Positions 8,990-16,855 of a DNA stretch of 31,334 nt are shown piece by piece (the first letter of the stretch is position 1; each line of letters starts with the position of its first letter). This DNA comes from an uncultured Chthoniobacterales bacterium (GTDB lineage: Bacteria; Verrucomicrobiota; Verrucomicrobiia; Chthoniobacterales; JAFAMB01). The DNA is taken from positions 1 through 31,334 of the forward strand of contig CAZMNG010000001.1 of the NCBI GenBank assembly GCA_964567505.1, read 5' to 3'. The position numbers and the translations under genes are program-made. The notes under the pieces were generated by a model, which saw nothing but the letters and a program-made list of their open reading frames with translations, had not been told where the DNA came from and did not search any database.

Positions 8990-10093
8990 CTAATCCGCTA
9001 CGGCATTGCGGATCGCTGCGCCCATTTCTTTGGTTGAAACCAGAGTCATGCCTTCCGACCAGATATCCTTTGTCCGCAGCCCTTTTGCGATGGTTTTGCG
9101 CACGGCAGATTCGATCCGCGCCGCTATGGCGTCATGGTTAAACGAATAGCGCAGCATCATGGCGCCAGAAAGGATCTGTGCGATTGGATTGGCGATCCCC
9201 TTTCCTGCGATATCGGGTGCAGTTCCACCGCTAGGCTCATAGAGCCCGAATCGGTAGGTCCCGTGTTGCCGCGTGCCGAGGCTCGCGCTCGGCAACATCC
9301 CGATCGAACCGGTCAGCATCGCAAGTTCATCACTGAGAATGTCGCCAAAGAGATTCTCGGTTACCACGACGTCGAAGGATTTTGGCGCGCGAATAAACTG
9401 CATCGCTGCGTTGTCGACGAGCAGGTGCGTCAGCTCAACATCGGAATATTCCGCGGAAACACTCTTCACAATGCTGCGCCAGAGCAAGCTGTTCTCCAGA
9501 ACGTTTGCCTTGTCGACCGAAACGAGTTTGTGCTGCCGCGATCTGGCGATTCCAAATGCCAGCCGTGCGATCCGCTCCACCTCGGATGCCCGGTAGACCA
9601 TCGTATCGATTGCAATCGTCTCGCCGTTTTCTTCACGAGTCCCCTTTGGCTGTCCGAAATACAATCCTCCAGTCAATTCGCGTATACAAAGAATCTCGAA
9701 TCCACCTTGAACAAGGTCGGGTCTGAGCGGTGAGGCCGCGGTCAACTCCGGCAAACAGAGCGCCGGCCGAAGGTTGGCGAACAGGTTAAAATGCTTCCGC
9801 AATGGCAGGATTGCCGCGCGTTCCGGCTGCTGATTGGCTGGGAGCCGCTCCCACTTCGGTCCGCCGACGGCGCCAAACAAAATTGCGTGGCTCGCTTCGC
9901 AAGTCGCAAGCGTCTCCTTCGGCAAAGCCGTTCCAGTCGCGTCAATCGCCGCGCCGCCGACCAGGCACTCTGTCAACTCGATGTTAAAGCCGTCAAATTC
10001 AGTGCACCGGCGCAGCACATCGATGGCCTCCGCCATCACCTCCGGACCGATACCGTCTCCAGATAAAACAGCTACTTTGAACGTTTCTGACAT
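8990..10093 (-). CDS. leuB: 3-isopropylmalate dehydrogenase
   Basis: GDGIGPEVM, LFGAVGGPKW, LFANLRP, RELTGGLYFG, VDKANVL, NLFGDILSD and EPSGGTAPDIAGKGIANP. Confidence 0.97.
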   Translation of the reverse strand: MSETFKVAVLSGDGIGPEVMAEAIDVLRRCTEFDGFNIELTECLVGGAAIDATGTALPKETLATCEASHAILFGAVGGPKWERLPANQQPERAAILPLRKHFNLFANLRPALCLPELTAASPLRPDLVQGGFEILCIRELTGGLYFGQPKGTREENGETIAIDTMVYRASEVERIARLAFGIARSRQHKLVSVDKANVLENSLLWRSIVKSVSAEYSDVELTHLLVDNAAMQFIRAPKSFDVVVTENLFGDILSDELAMLTGSIGMLPSASLGTRQHGTYRFGLYEPSGGTAPDIAGKGIANPIAQILSGAMMLRYSFNHDAIAARIESAVRKTIAKGLRTKDIWSEGMTLVSTKEMGAAIRNAVAD

Positions 10094-10809
10094 GGCTTCT
10101 CGACCGACTGGTTAGAGGGCGCTGCCGCGGGTTTACGTACGCGGCGCACGGCAAGGATAAAGTCCTCCACTTTCTTTCTGTCCTTCAACCCTTCTCTGTT
10201 CTCTACGCCGCTTGCAACATCGACCGCGTGCGGACGCGTCGCGCGGATTGCATCGGCGACATTTTCTGAAGTCAGTCCACCGGCGACAATCAGAACCTTG
10301 TCAAATTTCTCATCATTCAGGAGTGTCCAATCGAAGCGGACACCGGTGCCTCCGAACTCACCTTCCCGGCTGCCGTCAGCCAGTAATCCAAATACCGGGT
10401 AGTGGCGAACCTGCTCCAGGAGCGCAACCGAGGTTAACCGGACCGCCTTGATCAGCGGTTTATTGTGCGTACGCAATGCGTCACAAAATTCCTCGGATTC
10501 CTCTCCGTGAAGCTGCAGCGTGTCAAACAGATCCATATCCAACAATTCACGAGCCTCGGCGATGGTCGGATTCACAACCACTGCGACTCGCGCGACTTCC
10601 GTCGGCAACGCACGAATCCAAGCGGCTTCCGTGTGCCAATTAATATAACGTTTCGAACCGGGATAAAGATTGAATCCGAGCGCATCCGCTCCGAACTCGA
10701 TCGCTGCGAGCGCGTCGGAGGCATTTTTGACGCCACAAATCTTCACCCACGAATGATCATTAGATTTTTTGAAGAAGCGCTTCGAATTGAAAGAGTTAGC
10801 AGTCACGGC
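10072..10809 (-). CDS. trpF: Phosphoribosylanthranilate isomerase
   Basis: VKICG, GADALGF, LQLHGEES, GGTG, AGGLTSENV and VDVASGVE. The start is uncertain (GTG 10809 preferred; the ORF track uses TTG 10848). The 3' end overlaps the leuB start. Confidence 0.92.
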   Translation of the reverse strand, partial: AVTANSFNSKRFFKKSNDHSWVKICGVKNASDALAAIEFGADALGFNLYPGSKRYINWHTEAAWIRALPTEVARVAVVVNPTIAEARELLDMDLFDTLQLHGEESEEFCDALRTHNKPLIKAVRLTSVALLEQVRHYPVFGLLADGSREGEFGGTGVRFDWTLLNDEKFDKVLIVAGGLTSENVADAIRATRPHAVDVASGVENREGLKDRKKVEDFILAVRRVRKPAAAPSNQSVEKPCQKRSK

Positions 10810-10941
10810 GCGTTTAATATGCTCCGGTAATTTCCACGATCTGATCAAAAATCCAGCCTTTTTCGATTTACTGTCCGCTGTTTCTAACTAATATGCGCGA
10901 CATCGACTAACGGGAAATTATTAACGAGGAATAAGCGGAAG

Positions 10942-11265
10942 ATGGAAGGCGAAGAGAAATCCAAAAAGGTCGCTAAAGAAAAGCGAAGCGTAAAAAAATC
11001 CGTGGCTGTGGCTCTGCCAGCGAAGGAATTCCCTGCCGCTCCGGCAGCGCAACCAGCACCGGTTGTAAAATCCAAGAGCGCTGCCAAAGCGCCGGCCAAG
11101 AAGGCTGCTGCCCCAAGGAAAGTCAAGGATCCGACATTCGAAGAGATCCAGCTCCAGGCCTACTTCATCGGTGAGCACCGTAAGAAATACGGCATTCCAG
11201 GGGACGAAACCTCAGACTGGGTAGAAGCTGAGCTGACACTCAGGGCGCAGTTCACCTCCAAATAG
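10942..11265 (+). CDS. DUF2934-type domain protein with a Lys/Ala/Pro-rich N-terminus
   Basis: The C-terminal PTFEEIQLQAYFIGEHR...GDETSDWVEAELTL matches the DUF2934 pattern (I..RAY...E.R....G....DW..AE). The N-terminus is rich in AK/AP repeats. Confidence 0.8.
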   Translation: MEGEEKSKKVAKEKRSVKKSVAVALPAKEFPAAPAAQPAPVVKSKSAAKAPAKKAAAPRKVKDPTFEEIQLQAYFIGEHRKKYGIPGDETSDWVEAELTLRAQFTSK

Positions 11266-11323
11266 GGGTCGTACGCACCGGCGCAGTCGACGCGACGGCA
11301 GAAGAATCTGCAGCGGCGCATGC

Positions 11324-11344
11324 GAACAGGCTTCGAGCCTGTTC
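11324..11344. terminator. Hairpin between the convergent DUF2934 gene and recF
   Basis: Perfect 9-bp inverted repeat gaacaggct-tcg-agcctgttc touching the recF stop; no clear U tract. Confidence 0.45.
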
Positions 11345-12380
11345 AGGTGAGCGGTTGTATATTGTACAGTTTCCCGGCAGGGAGCGTTTCGAGCCAGTCC
11401 AGGTTCGTTGTTGTTATAAACCGCTGACCTCGCGAGGGGAGAGCGGTAAACAGCCGATTCCGCCGAGCGGTGTCGAGCTCGCCAAAGACATCGTCCAGCA
11501 AGAGCAGCGGCGGTTTGCCGAATTCGAGTTCCAGCAGCTTCGCTTCAGCCAATTTCAGAGCAATTGCGATCGTGCGTTGCTGTCCTTCGGAGGCAAAAAG
11601 GTCCGCCGGCTTGTCGTTTACCCGAAACTGAAAATCATCTCGGTGCGGACCTGCGACGGTTACCATTAACCGCGATTCCTCTTCGGCCGTATCGTTGAGA
11701 GCCTTTTCAAAATCGGCAGTTGCCCCGGGCTGATAGGACAAACCTAATCGCTCACTCCCGTCGCTGACCGCACCAAATGACTCGGTCATTTGCGGCTCCA
11801 GACGCTCGAGTATGTCTGCGCGCATGATTGTCAGTTTGCTGCCGAAGTGCAGCAACGGTTTGCTGTAGGCGTTCACTTCTCTGCGACGATGCAAAATCAT
11901 TTTCAGACAACGATTTCGCGAGTGCAGAGCCTTCTCATACGATCGAAGAACTTCACGATAGCTCGCAAACAACTGGGCCCCGACAAAGTCCAGAAATCGC
12001 CTTCGCGTCTCGCTGGAACCGCGGACAAGACCGATGTCTGAATTGGCAAGATAGACCAGTTTTGTCAGGTCAAGATATGCGGCCGCACTCTTTTGTTCGA
12101 CGCCGTCTAACGCAATTTTTCGCCTCGTTGCACTGTAATAGAACTGCAGATGATAGCCCATCAAATAGCCGTCGGTGACAAAGCCCTTGGCCCCGTGACG
12201 CACCAACTGAATAAGAGAGTTGGTCCTCGGCGACTGCAACCGCGCCAGCACCGCGACGGCCTCCAAAATCGACGTTTTGCCCGAAGCATTCTTACCGATA
12301 ATGCAGGTTGATTCCGGATGAAACTCCAACTCCAGATTCGAGAAGCAGCGAAAATCCCGGAGCGACAATTTACTGACCAT
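11343..12380 (-). CDS. recF: DNA replication/repair protein RecF
   Basis: LRDFRCF, Walker A GKNASGKTS, RRRFLD, GPHRDD, ASEGQQRT and Walker B LLLLDDVFGELD. Confidence 0.95.
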   Translation of the reverse strand: MVSKLSLRDFRCFSNLELEFHPESTCIIGKNASGKTSILEAVAVLARLQSPRTNSLIQLVRHGAKGFVTDGYLMGYHLQFYYSATRRKIALDGVEQKSAAAYLDLTKLVYLANSDIGLVRGSSETRRRFLDFVGAQLFASYREVLRSYEKALHSRNRCLKMILHRRREVNAYSKPLLHFGSKLTIMRADILERLEPQMTESFGAVSDGSERLGLSYQPGATADFEKALNDTAEEESRLMVTVAGPHRDDFQFRVNDKPADLFASEGQQRTIAIALKLAEAKLLELEFGKPPLLLLDDVFGELDTARRNRLFTALPSRGQRFITTTNLDWLETLPAGKLYNIQPLT

Positions 12381-12385
12381 TCAGA

Positions 12386-13477
12386 CTAAAATATCTCCTC
12401 AAAAACGCCTCCTCCGATCAATCTTTCGCCATCGTACAGCGCGCAAATCTGGCCGGGAGTCAGAGCGCGTTGCGGCTGATCGAACTCAAGCAGCGCAGTC
12501 CCTTCTGCAAGCGTCTCAACTAAAACAGGCATCGCCTTCGCACGATACCGAGGTTTCGCCAACATCTTTGAGCGCGCCGGAAGAACCTTGTTAGTGTACG
12601 ACAAACTGCCGATTCGGCACCGGCGAGCGTATAATCCTTCCGTATCCGTGCGATCAAACGCAACAATTAACTCGTTGGAGTCGAACCGTTTTTCGATGAC
12701 CACATATGCTTCGTTCGGTGTGTTGGATGGCACCCCGACTCCTCGTCGCTGACCGAGCGTATAAAGGTGAAGTCCTTTGTGCCGACCAAGGTCCGCGCCG
12801 TGCCGGGTTCGAATCGGGCCCGGGTTGTCCGGGACAAACGTCCGGAGGAAATCGCGCATTTTGACCTCGCCGATGAAACAGATTCCCTGGCTGTCCTTCT
12901 TGGCGGCCGTCACGAGATTGAATTCGCCGGCAGCTTTTCTCACTTCGAATTTGCGCAATTCGCCGACGGGAAATCGAGCGTCGGCAACCTGGTGCTGCCT
13001 CAACAGGGCCAGAAAATACGATTGGTCCTTGGTCTTGTCGATCCCTTCCATGATTCCCCACGAACCGTCGGCCTCGCGATAGCGGCGCGCGTAGTGCCCC
13101 GTTGCGATCGCGCTAAAACCGGCAGCCTTCGCCAGTTCGAGGAACACACCGAATTTCATTTCGCGATTGCACATCGCATCCGGGTTCGGTGTGATCCCGC
13201 TCTGATAACCTTTCAGGAGGTATGCAACAACCTTTGATCGATACTCGCGCATCAGGTTGACGACTCGAAACGATATCTGCAGGGCGTCTGCGACCGCCCG
13301 AGCATCTTCGATATCCTGCTGCCAGGGACAATCGCCGACGATGTTCTCCTCGTTGATCCAGTTCTTCATGTAGGCCCCTTCAATCGGGACTCCTTGCCTT
13401 TTGAGAAGCAGCGCAGCGACGCTGCTATCCACTCCGCCAGACATCGCCACGAGTACGCGTTCTGAAGATTGAAACAC
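12386..13477 (-). CDS. mnmA: tRNA 2-thiouridine(34) synthase MnmA
   Basis: [53 protein letters not shown] and ALTPGQ. GTG start. Confidence 0.97.
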   Translation of the reverse strand: MFQSSERVLVAMSGGVDSSVAALLLKRQGVPIEGAYMKNWINEENIVGDCPWQQDIEDARAVADALQISFRVVNLMREYRSKVVAYLLKGYQSGITPNPDAMCNREMKFGVFLELAKAAGFSAIATGHYARRYREADGSWGIMEGIDKTKDQSYFLALLRQHQVADARFPVGELRKFEVRKAAGEFNLVTAAKKDSQGICFIGEVKMRDFLRTFVPDNPGPIRTRHGADLGRHKGLHLYTLGQRRGVGVPSNTPNEAYVVIEKRFDSNELIVAFDRTDTEGLYARRCRIGSLSYTNKVLPARSKMLAKPRYRAKAMPVLVETLAEGTALLEFDQPQRALTPGQICALYDGERLIGGGVFEEIF

Positions 13478-13524
13478 GTTCAGAAATTTGTTCGGAACCA
13501 GCCTGTTTGCAACCCGCCCCAGCC

Positions 13525-13550
13525 TCTCACAAGTTTACAAACATGTGAGA
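13525..13550. promoter_or_regulatory. 26-bp imperfect palindrome between recR and mnmA (operator or hairpin)
   Basis: tctcacaagtttacaaacatgtgaga matches its own reverse complement at 22 of 26 positions. Confidence 0.5.
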
Positions 13551-13553
13551 AAT

Positions 13554-14183
13554 TCAGTCTAATGTTGTTCGTCCGCTAAACGCTCGCGCCAATGTAATCT
13601 CGTCCGCCGAATCCAGGCCGGATCCAGCCGGCAAACCCTGCGCGATCCGAGTAATGTTGACTCCCTCGGGCCTGAGCAATTCCGCCAGATAACTGAGCGT
13701 TGCTTCGCCTTCTACGTCGAGGCTGAGCGCGAATATCAGTTCGTCAGGCTGCTCTTGTCGCACGCGCCGCAGGAGCGACTCGATTCGGAGATCTTCCGGG
13801 CCGACGTGATCGAGCGGCGAAAGCTTTCCACCAAGCGAATGATAAAGCCCGCGGAACGCGCCGCTTCGCTCAAGCGACAGGATATCCGTTGGCTGTTCGA
13901 CGACACACAATCGACGCGCGTCGCGCCCGGGATCCAGGCAGATGACACACTGTTCAGCCTCAGCGAAAAACCCGCACCGTGCGCACGATCGTATCCCCGC
14001 GACCGTCTTCGAAATCGCTTCCGCGATGTGATCGGCACGCGCGTCCTTCCGCTGAACAATCCAAAGTGCGATCCGCTCCGCGCTTCGGGGACCGATTCCC
14101 GGCATCCGCCGCAATTGCCTGGTCAATTCCTGAATAAGAGGGGGAAAATCGACCCGTAACATTGGTTGAGCGTCAATTAGCAT
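13554..14183 (-). CDS. recR: Recombination mediator RecR
   Basis: HhH motif MPGIGPRSAERI, C4 zinc finger CARC...CVIC, and Toprim motifs CVVEQPTD and LDVEGEAT. Alternative ATG at 14162. Confidence 0.96.
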   Translation of the reverse strand: MLIDAQPMLRVDFPPLIQELTRQLRRMPGIGPRSAERIALWIVQRKDARADHIAEAISKTVAGIRSCARCGFFAEAEQCVICLDPGRDARRLCVVEQPTDILSLERSGAFRGLYHSLGGKLSPLDHVGPEDLRIESLLRRVRQEQPDELIFALSLDVEGEATLSYLAELLRPEGVNITRIAQGLPAGSGLDSADEITLARAFSGRTTLD

Positions 14184-14193
14184 CCCGGGCCGA

Positions 14194-15783
14194 TCAGGCG
14201 GGGCGCGCGGATTCCTGCTGATTCGTCTGCCGATAAAACTCTACAACACGCTCGCTCAGATACTTATCCGGATCGTCGATCGCCGTCACCGGCACCGAGA
14301 ATGTGAGATTTGCGTCCCGATCGCGCAAAAGCTTCAGACCGTATGGATAATCTTTGAACAGGATATTACAAAAGTCTGTGATGTTGTGTCCCATCTCGTT
14401 TGCGCGTTCGACAATCTTCGCAACAGCGGCATTCTCGATTTCGAACCGGACACCATACTTCTGCGAAAATACAGCTGCGAACTGGCGCACCATCTCGGCC
14501 TGATTGAGTTCGGCCTCTGCCTGAGCCTTCTCGAGAATCGCTTGCAGAGCCTTATCTGGCGCGTTGACGAGGTCCGCATCGATGACGAGATTACGCACGC
14601 CTGATCCGGGCAACTCGAACTTAAAATCTCTAAACAGCCGGTCGCACACTGTCACTAATCCGCGAGCACCAGTCTTCTCTTCCGCCGCCCGGGACGCAAT
14701 GACGCCCAGTGCTTCGTCTTCGAATCGGGCATCGATCCCGAATGCTTCAAACGCACGGACGTACTGACGCACCACGCTGCCCTCAGAGGTCTTGAGGATC
14801 GCGAACAGATCCGCGGCCGACAATTCATGGCAAACGACGCGGACGGGCAGGCGTCCGATAAACTCGGGTTCCAATCCGTAATCGATGAAGTCGCGTGTAT
14901 TTACCAGGGCAAGCACTTCAGCATCAGGAGCCGGCAGCGCTGTTTCGGCAAAACCGATGCTCACCCGTCGAAGTCTCCGCTCAACCTGCTCCTTGAGCCG
15001 GTCAAAAGCCCCGCTGCAAATGAACAGGATATGCCGCGTATTGATGACTTCCCGTTTTGCCTTTCCTCTGCGCTGAAATTCGAGCGCCGACTGAAGCTGG
15101 GATTGAATATCCATCGGGTTCCGCAATGGAACCTCCGTTTCTTCCATCAACTTCAGCAAGGTGGTCTGGACGCCCCGCCCGCTTACGTCGCGACCCGCAA
15201 GATTGGAGCTCGCCGCGATCTTGTCGATCTCATCGATATACACGATTCCGTACTGGGCAATTTCGACATCTCCGTCGGCCTTTTGAACCAGGCCGCGCAC
15301 AAGATCCTCTACATCTCCACCGACGTAGCCGGTCTCACTGAATTTCGTTGCGTCCGCTTTAACGAAAGGAACGCCTATGAGATCGGCGATGTGCTTGACA
15401 AGGTAAGTCTTCCCCACGCCGGTAGGTCCCAGCAGAAGGACGTTCCCTTTGCTGTACTCGATACGCCGGGCCGCTTCGGGGTCGTCTTTCTCGAGCCTTC
15501 GGAATCGATTGACGTGGTTGTAGTGATCACAGACTGCGATCGCCAGCGTCCTTTTGGCTTCTTCCTGTTGGATCACAAAGCGATCAAGATGCGCCTTGAT
15601 CTGCTTCGGCGTCGCGTTAAACCGGAACGGGTCAACCACTTCCTCGATATGCTGCGGTGGCGCATCGGTCGTGGCCGGTTGAGTAAACGCAGAAACCGCA
15701 ACGTTCTCTCCGAAATTCGCTTTCATGAACTCTTGAATTTTCTTCTGGAGTTCTTCAGGCGACGGAAATGGTGATTCAGGCAT
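14194..15783 (-). CDS. clpX: ClpX-like AAA+ ATPase (no zinc-binding domain; C-terminal extension)
   Basis: GPTGVGKT, ADATKFSETGYVG, YIDEIDK, RDVSGRGVQ, an IGF loop (SIGFA), PEFIGRLP and TGARGL. ATG 15783 is preferred over the ORF-track start at 15840. It is an atypical member, so the gene symbol is family-level only. Confidence 0.85.
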   Translation of the reverse strand: MPESPFPSPEELQKKIQEFMKANFGENVAVSAFTQPATTDAPPQHIEEVVDPFRFNATPKQIKAHLDRFVIQQEEAKRTLAIAVCDHYNHVNRFRRLEKDDPEAARRIEYSKGNVLLLGPTGVGKTYLVKHIADLIGVPFVKADATKFSETGYVGGDVEDLVRGLVQKADGDVEIAQYGIVYIDEIDKIAASSNLAGRDVSGRGVQTTLLKLMEETEVPLRNPMDIQSQLQSALEFQRRGKAKREVINTRHILFICSGAFDRLKEQVERRLRRVSIGFAETALPAPDAEVLALVNTRDFIDYGLEPEFIGRLPVRVVCHELSAADLFAILKTSEGSVVRQYVRAFEAFGIDARFEDEALGVIASRAAEEKTGARGLVTVCDRLFRDFKFELPGSGVRNLVIDADLVNAPDKALQAILEKAQAEAELNQAEMVRQFAAVFSQKYGVRFEIENAAVAKIVERANEMGHNITDFCNILFKDYPYGLKLLRDRDANLTFSVPVTAIDDPDKYLSERVVEFYRQTNQQESARPA

Positions 15784-15884
15784 CAATAAACTTAACGCGC
15801 GCGCCGGTATCTGCAAACGAACGAGGTCTCCACCCTGCATTCGGCACCAAAAAAGCCCGCACAGCTTTCACAGTCCAAACTCCA

Positions 15885-15946
15885 AGGGTCGTGTCTCCGC
15901 GGCCGACATTTGGCTTCGCAAATGTCGGCCGCGGAGACACGACCCT
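15885..15946. repeat. Long perfect inverted repeat (27-bp arms), REP-doublet/REPIN-like
   Basis: agggtcgtgtctccgcggccgacattt - ggcttcgc - aaatgtcggccgcggagacacgaccct: the arms are exact reverse complements. Intergenic between mazG and the ClpX-like gene. Confidence 0.9.
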
Positions 15947-16009
15947 GCCCCGCCGGAATTTGCAGCCGGGAGACCCAGATGAAGCCGCACGCCCTCCGCC
16001 AGGGGCTCT

Positions 16010-16777
16010 TCAGCGCGTTTCCGCAGCCTTCGTTTCGTCCCAAAGCTCGTCCATCTGCGCCGGCGGCAATGAGGCAAGCTCCAGGCCGCGATCTTTAGCC
16101 AGCCTCTCCATCGCCCGGAATCGATCGGAGAATTTTGCGGTGGCCTTGTAGAGCGCCTGTTCAGCATCCAGCCCTTTCTTGCGCGCGAAATTCACGACCG
16201 AAAACAGAAGGTCGCCAATTTCCTCCTCGAGCCGGCCTTCCGGTGCAACCTCGGTTTCGCCGAGTTCTTCGCGGACCTTCACCAGAGCGCCCTCGGCGTC
16301 GTTCCAGTCGAAGCCGACCCTTGACGCCTTTATTTGTACCTTCTGGGCGCGCGCAAGCGCCGGCAGCGCCTTTGGCACACCGTCGAGCGCAGATTTCCGT
16401 TCCTGTTTTTCGGCGCGCTTGATCACTTCCCACTGCCGGAGCACGGCCTCGCTGTCGGGCAATTTGTTCTCACCAAAAACATGAGGGTGGCGATGAACAA
16501 GTTTATCCGCGATCACCGTTGCGACATCGTCCATGTCAAAGCGGCCTTCTTCGGAAGCCATCTGCGAATGAAGCACGACTTGCAGCAACAGATCGCCGAG
16601 CTCCTCTTTCATTTCAATGTCATCCCCGGCATCGATCGCGTCGATCAATTCGTAGCATTCCTCGACCAGATGCGATTTCAAGCTCTCATGGGTTTGCTCA
16701 CGATCCCACGGGCAACCCTCCGGCGATCGAAGCCGGGCCACAATGTTGCGCAAACGATCAACTGGAGACGTCATCAT
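16010..16777 (-). CDS. mazG: Nucleoside triphosphate pyrophosphohydrolase MazG
   Basis: LRSPEGCPWDREQTHESL, EECYE, EELGDLLLQVV, RHPHVF, and a second domain with EEIGDLLFSVVN. Confidence 0.96.
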   Translation of the reverse strand: MMTSPVDRLRNIVARLRSPEGCPWDREQTHESLKSHLVEECYELIDAIDAGDDIEMKEELGDLLLQVVLHSQMASEEGRFDMDDVATVIADKLVHRHPHVFGENKLPDSEAVLRQWEVIKRAEKQERKSALDGVPKALPALARAQKVQIKASRVGFDWNDAEGALVKVREELGETEVAPEGRLEEEIGDLLFSVVNFARKKGLDAEQALYKATAKFSDRFRAMERLAKDRGLELASLPPAQMDELWDETKAAETR

Positions 16778-16855
16778 TCAATCCCGACGACGAGCACGGC
16801 GCCACCAAAAAACCACAACCGCAACGACGTACTGCGAATCATCCCGCGCGCGATT

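Noticed and set aside
13478-13500. tgttcggaacc upstream of mnmA as a Verrucomicrobia LexA box
   Set aside because: The spacing and right half-site do not fit TGTTC-N4-GAACA.
14827-15774. 315-aa plus-strand ORF
   Set aside because: It is the exact antisense of the ClpX-like gene; long shadow ORFs are expected in GC-rich coding DNA.
15885-15946. The long repeat as a CRISPR repeat, tRNA or IS end
   Set aside because: The arms are inverted, there are no spacers, no cloverleaf and no enclosed transposase.
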